Shown here: piece by piece, positions 25,951 through 40,240 of the stretch | How the letters are laid out: each line of letters starts with the position of its first letter | How positions within the stretch are numbered: position 1 is the first letter of the stretch | NCBI GenBank assembly: GCA_951406725.2 | Contig: OX597834.1 | Coordinates: 31,558,001 to 31,622,000, forward strand | Length of the DNA stretch: 64,000 nucleotides | Reading direction: 5' to 3' | Source: Octopus vulgaris | Lineage: Eukaryota | Translations under genes and position numbers: made by a program | The notes under the pieces: model-generated | Database searches by the model: none | What the model saw: the letters and a program-made list of their open reading frames with translations, nothing else | What the model was told of the DNA's origin: nothing

Positions 25951-26288
25951 GGATGGATGGATGGATGGATGGATGGACAGACGGACGGACGGACGGACGG
26001 ACACACACATACATACATTTATTTATGGCATTAGGAGGGCATCTACCCATAGAAACCAGCCCAAAACAGACAGAAAAGCTTGGTACAGTTGTTTAGCTTG
26101 CTAGTTCCTGTCTAGCTATCCCACCCATGCCAGCCTGGAAAATGGATGTCATATGATGAGGATGATGATGATGATGATGATGATGAAATTTACTTACTGT
26201 ATATATTCATATATATATGTGTGTATATATATATATATATATACACTCACATACATAAATACATATGTATGTGTGTGCATGTATGTAC

Positions 26289-26332
<44 letters not shown>

Positions 26333-26342
26333 CAAAGCCACA

Positions 26343-26385
<43 letters not shown>

Positions 26386-27607
26386 GTGTGTGTGTACATA
26401 TTTATATATATATGCGTGTATATGTATATATATTATATATTATTATTTATTTTATATGTGTGAGTGTACACATGTGTATATGTGTGTGTGTATGTGTGTG
26501 TATGTATGGAATGTATCTATGTAAATATATGTGAATATTGTTATTGTTGTTGTAGATTTGATGAGCTTGCAAACTTGCTTGCCTCTGCATGCTTTAAATC
26601 ATTACAGTTTCTTTAAATAATTAATAGAATATATTTATAGCTAACACAATGAACTAACGGTCTGCCGATCAAGTAAAGACTCGTTAAAAACAATAATCTT
26701 CGTTCCACATGGCTGCTTCAGAGTTCAAAGGTTACGTTCGGCTAATTCTTTTCGAAATCATTATAGATCAATAATAAGTAAGAGATTAGATGAAAAATAT
26801 ATCTCAACCAACTTGTGGCTGTGTGGTTATGAAGCTTGCTTTGCAATCCTGTGGCTTCTAGTTCAGTCCTAGGCTGTACGGCAACGACCGCACTCGAATG
26901 GTACTTTTTATGTGCCACCGGCACAGGACCGGTAAGGTGGCACTGGCAATGACAACACTTGAATGGTGCTTTTTATGTGCTACCAGCACAAAAATAAAAG
27001 GGTACCTGGGTTGATTTGTTTAACTAAATCTTTCAAGGCTTTGTCCCAGCTGAAATCGAATGACTGAAGCAAATAAGAAAGGAAAGCTAAAAGTTGAGCC
27101 TGTCATTTTATGTATGGATGATGAAATGGCAGATTTGTTAACACACGGGATAGACTGCATCACTGTATTTGTTTGAACTCTCTTGAGTTCAAATTCTGTC
27201 TGACCCATGCAAGCATTGAGGAGTGGACATTAAATCGATGATGACACATATGATGATGCAGCAATGATGAGGAACAAGGATCATTGAAGAGAACACGTCC
27301 ATGGATCTTGGGAATTTTACCTGCCTTAGATAGAGATACGTATGTGTATCACCATCATCATCATCATCATCATCATTTTGATGTCCACTTTTCCATGCTT
27401 GTATGAATCGGACAGAATTTGTTGAAACAGATTTTCTACAGCAGGATGCCCTTCCTATCACAAACCCTCACCTGTTTCCAAGCATGGAAGTTGATATTTC
27501 TCCATGATATCTGAAATGTTTTTCACAGAAGATTGGAAACGAAGGACACCACTTGCATAACAGGGGCTCTTGCTTACAACTTTCAGAGGATGTCAAGGCA
27601 AAGAAGC

Positions 27608-27645
<38 letters not shown>

Positions 27646-27656
27646 CATCACACATC

Positions 27657-27688
<32 letters not shown>

Positions 27689-28995
27689 CATTTAATGTCC
27701 ATTTTTCATGTCGGCATAGGTTTGACAGGAACTGGTAGATAAGAAAACTACACCAGGTTCCGTTGTCTGTTTTGGCATGGTTTCCTATGGCTGGATGCCC
27801 TTCCTAATGCCAACCACTTTACAGAGTGGACTGGGTGTTTTTTGTGTGGCCCCAGAACCAGTGAGGCCACCGAGTAACTTGCAGGACAAGACTCTTCAAC
27901 TGGGAGGGGGGAGTTGTATTGAAGGACAGAAAGATGTCTTGCATTAAAAGGGGACATGGTTTCTTTAGAGAGAAAGATAATGAAGATGTGACAGAGAGGA
28001 GACAGGAGCTGTACACCCAAGTTACAGGGTGGTGTTTATAGAGGAGAGGACCAGTGGTTGGAGAGGTGGGTCGGTGGATGAATTCACAGGACTTCAAAAG
28101 GTGAGTGGGAGCTAGAGGTGGTGGGGAGGGAAAGGGATTTAATAGGGACATATTTTGTGTAGGTAGATAGGAGGGGAGTGGAAAACACTGGTGGTGAGTG
28201 TGGGTGGGACATGGACATGGATTTTACTTTGCTGGGTGGATCTTCTCAAGTACATATATAAATAGGCATATATATAGTTATATATACGTATCATCATCAC
28301 TACTACAGTAACATAGTTGAATACTGGGTCTTTATATATCAGTGTATATATATGTATATATATGTATGTATATCTCATTCAGGCTTCTTTCAGTTTCCTT
28401 CTACCAAATCCACTCACAAGGTTTTCATTAGCCCTGGGCTATAATAGAAGACTCTCTACAAAGGTGCTATGCAATGGGATTGAACCCAGAACAGCATGGC
28501 TGGAAACCAAACTTCTTACCACACGGCCACACCTGCACCTAATCTGGTTCGCATGTGAGCATATTGCATTATCCCAGATCAGTGATAAATGAATCAGTGA
28601 TATAAACGAGGACAGCTGTATTTAAGCACAAACAAAGATACAAGACACAGCAAAACAAACAAACAGTCCATCTTTTGAGGAATCCTTTGGAAGCAGGAGG
28701 AATAAATTAATCAATATTCTTCTTGGTGTCTCCAGGCCATATAATACCTTTTTTTAACAATGCTTTAACATAAATTTGTGAATGGTAGACCATGTCTGAG
28801 GGCTGGAAAATGTCTTCAGCCATGTAAAAGCCATGTAGTACACATGTAGTGCGCATGTAGTGAACATGCAGGGTCCATGTAGCACAGATGTGGTACACAT
28901 GTAGCTGGAATATGTTAGTTACAACAAAGCCACAACATAATATACTGTCCATAATGTTTTTCTTAATGTATATACACTTGTGGTTAATAAAGAAA

Positions 28996-29101
28996 TCATC
29001 CTCATCATCATCATCATCATCAACCTCATCATCACTACCACTACCATCATCATCATCATCATCATCGTCATCACCACCATCACCACCACCACCACCATCA
29101 T

Positions 29102-29134
<33 letters not shown>

Positions 29135-29257
29135 TATCATCATCATCATCATCATCAACCTCATCATCATCATCATCATCAACCTCATCATCACTACCAC
29201 CACCATCATCATCGTCATCATCATCATCATTGTCATCACCACCACCACCACCATCAT

Positions 29258-29296
<39 letters not shown>

Positions 29297-29465
29297 TATC
29301 ATCATCATCATCATCATCATCATCAACCTCATCATCATCATCATCATCATCAATCTCATCATCACTACCACCACCACCATCATCGTCATCATCATCGTCA
29401 TCGTCATCACCACCACCACCATCATAATCATCATCATCATCATCATCATCATCATTATCATCATC
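28996..29465. repeat. (CAT)n/(CAC)n array with a higher-order unit, about three copies
   Basis: Interruptions CAACCT, CACTAC, CGTCAT and CATAAT recur in the same order three times. Confidence 0.8.
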
Positions 29466-30092
29466 GTTGTTGTTGTTGTTATGATTATTATTGCTGTTGT
29501 TGTTGTTGTTGTTGTTATTGTTATTATTATTATTATCATGAAGGGGAGTAATTAGAAATTTAGAAATGCAAAGCAAAAAAAAAAAAAAAAAAAAAAACAA
29601 CAGAGAAAAATATCCTTGATGTTAAATGAATGATGACACATGTATGTTCACCTTCTTTACAACTACACAGGTGTATGTGTATGTGTGTGTGTGTGTGTGC
29701 ACAAACTCACACATACACACATAAACATACACACACTCATACACGCAAACAGACAAGCATTTGCCTATACTCACGTATGTACTGGAGCTTCATGTAACTC
29801 TGATGTGTAAGAACAATCTGTATTTTGGATTTACCAGCCAAGAATCACTCCACATATATGTGTGTGTGTGTATATGTGTTTGTATACACACACTCACACA
29901 CGCACACATGCATATATATAATATGTGTGTGTGTGTGTGTGTACATAAGTACATATATACAATATATGTTTTATGCCTTATATGTAATATGTGGGTCTTT
30001 ATGTGAATTTATGTATGTGTGTGTTCATGTATATGTGAGAGTACATGAGTCCATATGTATGCATGTATATGTGCATGCATATGTATATACAT

Positions 30093-30133
<41 letters not shown>

Positions 30134-30363
30134 AATGCAGTATACTTATGCCTTCCTATATCTCTGTCTGCCTCTCTCTCTCTCTCTATCTATCTATTTA
30201 TATATCTATTATATAAATACATATATATATATATGTATATATATATATAAATAGGCATATATATAGTTATATATATGTATCATCATCACTAGTACAGTAA
30301 CATAGTTAAATATTGGGTCTTTATATATGAGTGTATATATATGTATGTATATGTATGTATCTA

Positions 30364-30394
<31 letters not shown>

Positions 30395-30399
30395 ATATA

Positions 30400-30440
<41 letters not shown>

Positions 30441-30936
30441 CCGGTGGCACATACATACATACAGTGCGGTGGCACGTAAAGCACCCATATATATATATAT
30501 TTATATATCACAGACCCACAGAATCCAACCCATGCTAGCATGGAAAACGGACGCTAAATGATGATGATGATGATGATGATACATACATAAGCTACATTCC
30601 TTCCAATAATGCATGTTAATTACTTCCAGTTATTCCTCCAACTCCAGTTGGGTCTGAACGATTAAAAATAGGCAGGGTTTTTGTTAATTTTTGTTATTTG
30701 GTTCTTTCCTTCCCTTGCCCCCTACTAGAATATATGCAGGAGACATGATGAGAGAGACAGGGAGGTGTTAAACATTTCATACGAAGCTATACATACATAC
30801 ATTCATGCATACATACATACATGCATACATACATACATACATACATACATGCATGCATATATTCATAAATACATCTATAACATATATACATGCACACATC
30901 TATGTGTGTGTAACTGTATGTATAGACATATATATG

Positions 30937-30977
<41 letters not shown>

Positions 30978-31493
30978 TTTATTAGTGTATTAAGGCTACC
31001 ATTGGTTTCATGTTAAGAAAATTGTCATAATATCTTAACAATTTTTCAAGCCAATGACATGAAAGAATGGTAGTCGGCCCCAATTTGGATTAAAAAAAAT
31101 ATACATATATATGCACATGGGAGTTCCCCATGTGGATCCAGTGCTGGATATAAATTACTTAAAAAACAGTTTGATCCAGTTCCATGCGACTTAGAGTTTC
31201 ACAGGCCTCCAATAGAAGTTTGTCTCTTTCAGGCTTTAGATTACCAAATTCAGTATCTAAGACAGACTTCTGTTAGAGACCTGTGAAACTTGAAGTAATA
31301 CAGAACTGAATCAAACTATTTCAAATAATACATGTAACCCCTACTAAATGTGTAGTGTGCCCTTCTCTTTTTTCTCTCTACTTGTTCGTATATTTATATT
31401 TATATATATATCGCCAGCAGTCTGCTACTGTGCATAACAAGAAAGTAGGGTATTTCTCCCTGAATACTTAATGCCAATACTTTTCACCTTATA

Positions 31494-31830
31494 AGTGCCG
31501 GTGGCACATAAAAAGCACCATCTGAACATGGCCGTTGCCAGCGCCGCCTTGGCTGGCTCCCGTGCCGGTGGCATGTTAAAAGCTCCAACCGATCGTGGCC
31601 AATGCCGGACCCCCCTGGCACCTGTGCAGGTGGCACATAAAAAGCACCCACTACACGCATGGAGTGGTTGGCGTTAGGAAGGGCATCCAGCTGTAGAAAC
31701 TCTGCCAGATCAGACTGGAGCCTGGTGCAGCCCCTGGCTTCCCAGACACTGGTTGCACTGTCCAACCCGTGCTAGCGTGGAAAATGGACGTTAAACGATG
31801 ATGATCATGATGATGATGATGATGATGATG
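31494..31830 (+). mobile_element. Family B repeat with three internal tandem units
   Basis: GTGCCGGTGGCAC(A/G)TAAAAAGCACC-like unit three times, then the standard body and (GAT)n tail. Confidence 0.9.
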
Positions 31831-32122
31831 AAGATCTGACCAGCAAACAATTGCCTAAAGTTGATGATTTCAGTTGATGGCCTAGTTCTTTATTTATTCC
31901 ACTTTTACCAAATTCCTTCTTTTAGCTTTTCTTTGACATTTAGTTTGTTCAGCTCTGAAGAAGATATCCAAGGGAGGTGGTTCCCTATATTTTCAGTCGA
32001 TCAATTGATCAGCTGATAAGATTGAACCGTGAACCCACCCAAACACATATATGAAATAACTGTAAGCTTCTAATAAATCAACGTATATAACCTATTATTT
32101 CAGTTTATATATATATATAGAT

Positions 32123-32320
32123 ACTGGCACGTAAAAAGCACCCACTACACTCACGGAGTGGTTGGCGTTAGGAAGGGCATCCAGCTGTAGAAACATTGCC
32201 AAATTTAGACTGGAGCCTGGTGCAGCCTTCTGGCTTCCCAGAACCCCGGTCGAACCGTCCAACCCATGCTAGCATGGAGAACGGACGTTAAACGACGATG
32301 ATGATGATGATGATCATCAT
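32123..32320 (+). mobile_element. Family B repeat
   Basis: GGCACGTAAAAAGCACCCACTACACTC...AACGGACGTTAAACGAC(GAT)n. Confidence 0.9.
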
Positions 32321-32485
32321 CATCATCATCGTCATCATTAACATTTAGTGTCTTTTTTCCATGTTGGCATGGGTTGGCCAACTTGACAGGAACTGGCAAA
32401 GCCTGGGGCTGCACCAGTCTGTTATGTATATAATTTCTATGGATGGATGCCATATATATATAAATATATATTTATTTATATTTAT

Positions 32486-32541
<56 letters not shown>

Positions 32542-34126
32542 TTAACATCTGTTTTCCATGCTGGCATGGGTTGGACAGTTTGACAAGAACTGACCAACTG
32601 AAGGGCAGTTCAGGTTCCATGTCAGCTTTGGTATTGTTTTCTTAGCTTGACATATACACACATAAATACGTGTGTACTGGATGCTTTTACACAGCACCTG
32701 CGTGGGTGCTTTTTATGTGGCACCCACATCTATGAGCCCGCAACATCAGGGATGCTCAGCTGGAGAGGGTTGCAAGGGACAAACCTGTATGCAAGGGCAA
32801 CCATGCTTTTACTTAACTTGACATATACATACATAAATAGGTGTGTGTGTGTGTGTGCAGGGCAGATGTTAGCTTCCTAGTATTGTAGTTTGGGGTTCAG
32901 ACCCCTCTGTGTGTAACCTTGAGCAAGTGTCTTCTGTTAGAGCTGCAAGCCAACTGAAGTCTTGGAAGTAGATTTTGAGTGAGAGGAGAGCTTGCCCCTG
33001 GGTATGTGTCACACAGGCTCACCAGTACATGGATGTGGGGTGGTGTCATGTAAACCCATTCCCCTGTCTGAGGGTTAAATAAGACCATGTGCCTTAAGGG
33101 TGACACTGGAAGAGCAGGAGAGGATCAGAAGTAAATTAAATATACAAACAGAAAGGACTGGAAAACAGCTGCCGTGTCTTTGACCAGAGAAATCCTTCAA
33201 ACTTTGACGTGACAGTTCATGATGTCTGAAGTGTGTAAGAAGATAGCATGGAGTGAGGGAGAGAGAGAGAGAGAAAAAGAGAGAGAGCATGAGGGAGAGA
33301 GAGAGAGACTGAGAGTGGGTGGGAAAGGGAGAAGAAGCAGGAGAGGCATGGAGGTTAGATGCAGAGACAGAGAGACACAGGAAGAGAGTAAGAGAGAGAA
33401 ACAGACAGAGTGACAGATAGACAGAGTGACAGACTGATGGGGAGGGGGAGAATGGCACAGACAGAGAGAGAGAGACAGCAGAAGAGAAAGACAGACATAG
33501 AGAGAGACAGAGGGGGTCAAAGATGAAGAGACACCGTGAGGAAGGGGGAGAGGAGGAGAGGGAGACAGACAGACAGAAAGAGAGAAGGAGACAGATTGAG
33601 ATGGAGAGAGAGAGATGGAAATAGAGACAGAGAAAGAGAAGAAGAGAAAGAGAGAGAGAGAGAGGGAAAGACAGAGAGAGAAAGGTGGGGGTTATATAGG
33701 TGCATAAATGATGTCAGACTCATAGAATAAAGCTAACCAGTACATGTGTCTGTCAATATCTTCTACCACCTGCCACTGATATATAATGGTTTTAATGTTG
33801 TGATCAGAACAAATAATACAAGGTCAGGATATACCATCATCATCATCATCATCATGACCATCGTTTTAATGTCCACTTTTCCATACTTTCATGGATCAGA
33901 CCGAATTTGCCGAGGCAGGTTTTCTATGGTTGGATGCCCTTCCTGTCACCAACTCTCACCTATTTCCAAGCAAGGTAATATTTCCCCACAGCCAGACATG
34001 TTTTCATAGAACATTGGAAATGAATGACACTGCTTGTATGACAGTGGCACTCATTTACATCTTTCATGCAATGTGAAGAGAAAGAGACACAAACATACAC
34101 ACACTCACACACATGCACGTGTGTGA

Positions 34127-34440
34127 AGACACATGGCTCAGTGGTTAGAGCATCAGGCTGACAACCATGGGGTAGTGACTTCAATTCTCTGACTAGGCTG
34201 TGTGTTGTGTTCTTGAGTAAGACACTTTATTTCCCATTGCTTCAATTCACTCAGCTGTAGAAATGAGTTAAAGCATTACTGGTGCTAAGCTGTATCAACC
34301 TTTGCCTTTTCTTTGCAAAACATCAGTAGCATGGAGAGGAGATGCTGGTATGTATGAGCAACCGTTGGCCTTCCATAAATAACCTTGCCCAGACTTGTGC
34401 CTCAGAGGAGAACATTCTAGCTGCACTCCCAAAGGGGTTT
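34127..34440 (+). mobile_element. SINE family E
   Basis: CACATGGCTCAGTGGTTAGAGCATC...GTGTTCTTGAGTAAGACACTTTATTTC...GCTGTAGAAATGAGTT. Confidence 0.75.
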
Positions 34441-34455
34441 TTTTCCCTGTATATA

Positions 34456-34582
34456 TGAGGTGTTACCAAAAAGTTCCCAGACTAGTTATGTTTAATAAAA
34501 AATAACTTATTTACCAAAGTTTTAACATTACCTCCTTTGAAATAGGCACCTTGCACAGCAATACACCAATCACAACATTCCT
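34456..34582 (-). mobile_element. Mariner-type transposon 3' remnant
   Basis: Minus strand encodes WCIAVQGAYFKG, resembling the mariner C-terminal CIxxxGxYFE motif, then a TIR-like end (plus strand TGAGGTGTTACCAAAAAGTTCC). Confidence 0.55.
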
Positions 34583-34849
34583 TGTCTTTTCTCACTTTTT
34601 CGCTCATCCGATCATTCCATTTTTACTTCATTATGTCATGTGGGCAGTGCCTGATGATTGTGCCAGGATACCAGACATGTTAAAAAACACTGTCCAGCAT
34701 GTTCTCAGCACATGAAACTAATAATAGCACATGAAAACATGTATTGTGCTTATTAAATGGTATTTATTTATCACCAGATGGAGTTCTTTTTTGTTGATCT
34801 TACCATCATGGAACAGTACACTATATATATGCGTGTGTGTGTGGGTATA

Positions 34850-35072
34850 CAGGGTGGTGCAAAAGTTTGAATTCATAGGCAATTCATTATATAACAATTC
34901 ATGGTTTACAAGTTCTACTCTTTCTGAAATTGTTAGCTTTTCTGCTATGGCTACCGATCTGAAAGACAGAAAAATTAAATTAGATATTATAATTATATGA
35001 TCAAAATCATGTTAAAGATAAGAAATGCTTTTTTGTAATTTCTCTATGGGTCCAGACTTTTGCACCACCCTG
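34850..35072. mobile_element. Tc1/mariner-type MITE
   Basis: Perfect 17-bp TIRs CAGGGTGGTGCAAAAGT / ACTTTTGCACCACCCTG extending imperfectly to ~30 bp; TA on the left and CA (mutated TA) on the right. Confidence 0.85.
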
Positions 35073-35355
35073 CATATATATATATATATATATGTATGTA
35101 TATTTAATCGTCACTAAGTGTGACTAAGGGTGCCAATGCCCACTTAGTGACAACTGAAGTTTTCCTTTATGATATCACATTGCGCCTAGCTGTTTACAAT
35201 AATTTTTTTTATATATGTTTATATATAAGTTCCAATGAAGTTGAAGGGTGATACTCAAGCATTCAACTATGAGTCCAATGCATCTATAGTTGAAACAGCT
35301 GTAAGCTAATGAAGTGCACAACATAATTGTTTATTCCTCTGTCATTCTAATTTCC

Positions 35356-35399
<44 letters not shown>

Positions 35400-35874
35400 T
35401 GCACACATGACTAGCTTCTATTACTTTCTGCCTTCCTAATCCATTCGCAAAGGCTTTGGCCAGCCTGGACCATATTTGAAGACACCCAAAGTAAACATTT
35501 CCTCAGGGTATAATCATAATAATTAGTCTTCATCTAAAAAATTCAGAGAGAAATCTGTCCTCTTCTGAACTGTGTCTCTACATCATATAGTATTTATTAG
35601 ATAAATCTGGAATAGTCTTTGTAATGTTGGCTAGGTTCTATGCACTTATATGTAGCACAATAATCTTCAGTGATAAAGACTGCTCTCTACAAACTATGAT
35701 GCAGTTGATCACAAGTGACATGGTGTGGTGTGGATTATATAATATAATAGTGTTATATGGTATGTTATGACATACTTCCATTACATTATCATATAATATG
35801 AAACTCTGAGTCACAAAGTATTATCACTAATAGACTAATATCATTATATATAAGTGTATGTGTATTTATGTAAG

Positions 35875-35909
<35 letters not shown>

Positions 35910-36089
35910 TTGTGTATGTATATGTATATATATATATATGTTTATGCATGTGTGTATATATACATATGTATTATATATATATACAGACATATATATGTAA
36001 TACATATATATACATATATATATATTTATATAAATATATATATATACACATATATATATATATACATATACATATATATATATATATAT

Positions 36090-36143
<54 letters not shown>

Positions 36144-37187
36144 GTACATATATACATACATATATATATATGTCAATATATATAAATATTCCAGAAATAG
36201 ACATCACACACACACACATCTATATGCACACTTCATATTTATATACATATTTCCATAAATCTGCCCACCACCACACACACACATGCTCACACATACCACC
36301 ACCACTACCACCACCGCCATGTTCACCACCCACCACCACCGTCATCACCATCCTATTTACCCTTGAATGATTACTTTTTATTGATGAGTAGAAATGGCGT
36401 TGGGGCATTGGCAGAGCGGCGGTGGGGGTAGAGGATTGATAGAGTGGTGGTGTGGGGTGGTGTGTCAGGATAAAGGAGGGAGGGAGGCAGCGGCACAGAA
36501 TTCTATTTTATATACAGACTGCCCCCCCCTCCCCCTGTCTGCCACCGCCACCGAACCCCACCCCCTGTCATCTATTTTTTCCCCCAGCCCTCACTCAGTC
36601 ACTCCTGTAGGGCCATCTCCTTCCCCACTGTTCATTATGAACGTTCTCCCCCTCCGCCGTGTGCGTTTGCATGCGTTTGTGTATGTGTGTGTGTGTGTCT
36701 GTCTGTGTATGTGTGTGCATCTCTGTATGTGTGTGTCTGTGTGCATAATGGCAAGGGTGGAATGAAGGAAGGTCAGGCCAGATAGAAAATGGAATATTTG
36801 CTGAATTCTTAAAATTAATTAGTATTGCAATTCTCATTTCCTTCTCTCTTTCTATACACTGAGACGCACCGGCACATATACACAAGTGCATACACACACA
36901 GATACATACATGCATACACACACGTGTATGCAAAAACACACACACACACGCACACACACACTAACGTGCACACATGTGCAAACACACTTGTGTGAAGACA
37001 TATGTGCACAGATTCAGTTGCACGCAAACACATGCACCCATACGCATGGACACACATACATACATGCATATATAGCTATACATATATAAATATATCAGCT
37101 GATATACATATGTATATGTATATATACACACACACATATATACATATATATATATATATATATAGATATAGATATATACATATACAT

Positions 37188-37298
<111 letters not shown>

Positions 37299-37333
37299 TA
37301 TGGATTTATGTACCTATGAATATATACATATAC

Positions 37334-37384
<51 letters not shown>

Positions 37385-38287
37385 TATATACACATTTGTC
37401 TCATTTTTGTTTCTTCGTTACATTTTCTTTATTTTTTTTTTCTTTCTTTCCTTCCGCCTCTTATTTTTGTTTCCAAATCCTTGTAATTCCTTCTTACTCT
37501 CTTTCACTTTTCCTTTCCATTTATCTGTCTCTCTTCTTTCTTTCTCTTTTTCCCCTCACTCATTCACACAAACATGTACACACTATTTCTTTATACGTCT
37601 GCTCTCTGTCTCTCTCTCTTTCTCTTTCTCTCTGTCTCTTTCTCTCTCTATTTCACACTTATTCACACACACACACATATTCATACACATTCACATGCAT
37701 AACACATCTACACATGCACACACATTTATATTCTTCCACTTCTTCTGTGTATTAATCTCTCACCAATTCACTCACACACACACACACACATACACACACA
37801 CATACACACATACACACACACACACTCACACACACACACACACATACTCTCTCTATCTGTTTCTCTCTTTTTTCTTAGTTTTTCTTTCTATCTCACACCC
37901 ACTTGTATGCACATGTATGACCTCTATGATTCTCTCTCTCTCTCTCATACACACACACACATATGTACAAACATACATACATATACATAGATACAGATAA
38001 AGCTATATGCCCCAGCATGACCACTCTTCCTGGCTGAAATCAGTAAAAGAAAGAAGATATGTGTGTATATGTTAGTGTGTGCATGCATGTATGTGTGTGT
38101 TGTGTGTGTGCGCATACGCACACTTACATATATGAAACTTACGTATTTGTATCTATGCTTTCATTCACTCATTTTACATTGTCTCTCTTTCTCTCTTTCT
38201 CTCTCTCTCACACACACACACATGTACACTGACACAAACACATTTACACTCACATATTTACATGCACACATTTTATATATCTCTTAT

Positions 38288-38333
<46 letters not shown>

Positions 38334-39974
38334 ACACACATGTATGCAAGCACATACACATACAGATTCATATGTTTCCTATGATTTTTTTTCCAGTTTC
38401 CTCATTAATTCATACAGACACACACACAGGGACATACACACGCACAAACACACAAACACACACACACACATGAACACATACATACATACATACATACATA
38501 CATGCACATTTTCTCTCTCTCCTTCTCTCTCTCTCTCTCTCTTAGCCTAACTTTCTTCCTCTCTCTTTCTCTCCTTATATTGTCAATAATTTCTTTTGTC
38601 TTCTGTCTTTTTTCTTTTATTTCTTCTTTTTGTTTCTTTTTGCTTCTTTCTCTCTGTCTTTCTTTCTTTCTTTTCCTTTCTTTCCCACTTTCTATCTTTC
38701 TTTTCCATTTTTGTTTTTTACTTCTGTCACTTACCCCCTCCCCTCCCTTGCTCTCTTTGTCTCCTTTTCCCTTCTATATATTTAACTTATTCACATGTTT
38801 ATGAAAGTACACGGCTTAATAATTTGAACATTGTGCTCATGATCAATGTTTGATTCTCGACGGGGCCCGTGTAAGTGGGCTCCAGCCAACACATTGATCC
38901 TGGGTACCAGAAAGTCCAGAAAAGTTCTGTGACTATCTACTGGACCCTTCAAACAAAAGCAAATAAACCAAAATAAAAAATATTTTTTAGAATACCCCCA
39001 TTCTTGGGCCTGAAGGTAGTTATATTCTACCTTGATAAATTTCACATTGAGACCCTAGTATTGGGTTCAATTTGCAGATCAGGTAGTAAGTTCTATCTGT
39101 GAGCAAGGTATTTCATTTCACAGTTCTCCCATTGATTCAGCTAGAATAGAATAGCTGGGGATGGGGTGCAGGTGTGATAACTAGTGATAGCTGGGGATGG
39201 GGTACAGGTGATCTTGTGGTAAACTGTATCTTGTTCAGTGGGTGTTCTTGGATTTTTGGTCACCTAACACCTTGGACGCCCAGATAAGCTCTGGACTGAT
39301 GAATATGAAGGCTGAAGGTTGGGTTTATTCTCATGTTCTCTCTCCTGAATTGTCACTGTGACATATACACACACATGCACACATACACATGTATATGGAT
39401 GAATACAAGCATACAAACACACGCACATATTCACACATACGCACATATGCACACACATACATACACACACATACACATGTACGCACACTTATTTGCATGC
39501 ACACATGCATCAACATGCATAACATGTACAAACACATGCATGTACACACATACGTATACATGTACATAGATGCACATACACACAAGCAAACACACATATA
39601 CATATTTACACACACACACATATAAACACATGCACATGGGATTGAACACAAAACCCTGTGGTTGCAAGCAAACTTCTCAACCATATAGCTATCCCTGTGT
39701 CTATAGATTTAAGCCAACATTATGCATATAGAAAAACATACTTCATGTCAATAAAATATATTTCTGTGGACAGAAAATGAAGATCAATGGAACAAGTCCC
39801 AAGCCCCCTTTTCTGTGATAGGATTTCATCAGATGCCTAGACTGCATTATATAGGCCCCTTTCTCTCCAATTTGCCAAAGCCTTTCTTTTGGATGAAGGT
39901 CACTCACAGACAGCCAATGAACCTAAGACAGATGAGACCCTTCAGCTCTTTAGCTGCTCATCTAAGAGAAGGTG

Positions 39975-40240
39975 AGAGTTGCTGAAGCATGGAACAGACT
40001 GCTGGCATCAGTTGTTAGTTGTCGGAGCACTGCATCCTTCAAAACTTCGATGCTTTCTGAGATTCGCCAACACTACATCTGATTTTCTCCCCTCCATACA
40101 CACGCAAGCATGTATCTGACTCATACACTGTTCGCTTTCCAGACATTTGTACATTACTGCATATACTTTATATGCACTTTTTGACAAGTTGTGGTGCACC
40201 TGAGCACTATATACAATAATTTCATTATCATTATTATTAT
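39975..40240 (+). mobile_element. CR1-type LINE 3' end
   Basis: RVAEAWNRLLASVVSCRSTASFK (WNxLP...FK motif), then UTR ending TGTGGTGCACCTGAGCACT...(ATT)n; the same tail lies inverted at ~24000-24030. Confidence 0.7.

Noticed and set aside
28707-29600. 297-aa Asp/Gly-rich ORF resembling an acidic biomineralisation protein
   Set aside because: Pure (GAT)n array, open in several frames on both strands, with a non-ATG start in poly-T.
39290-39335. Hammerhead from CTGATGA (also CTGAAGA at ~5846, 42679, ~48546)
   Set aside because: No stem II plus GAAA plus NUH arrangement follows.
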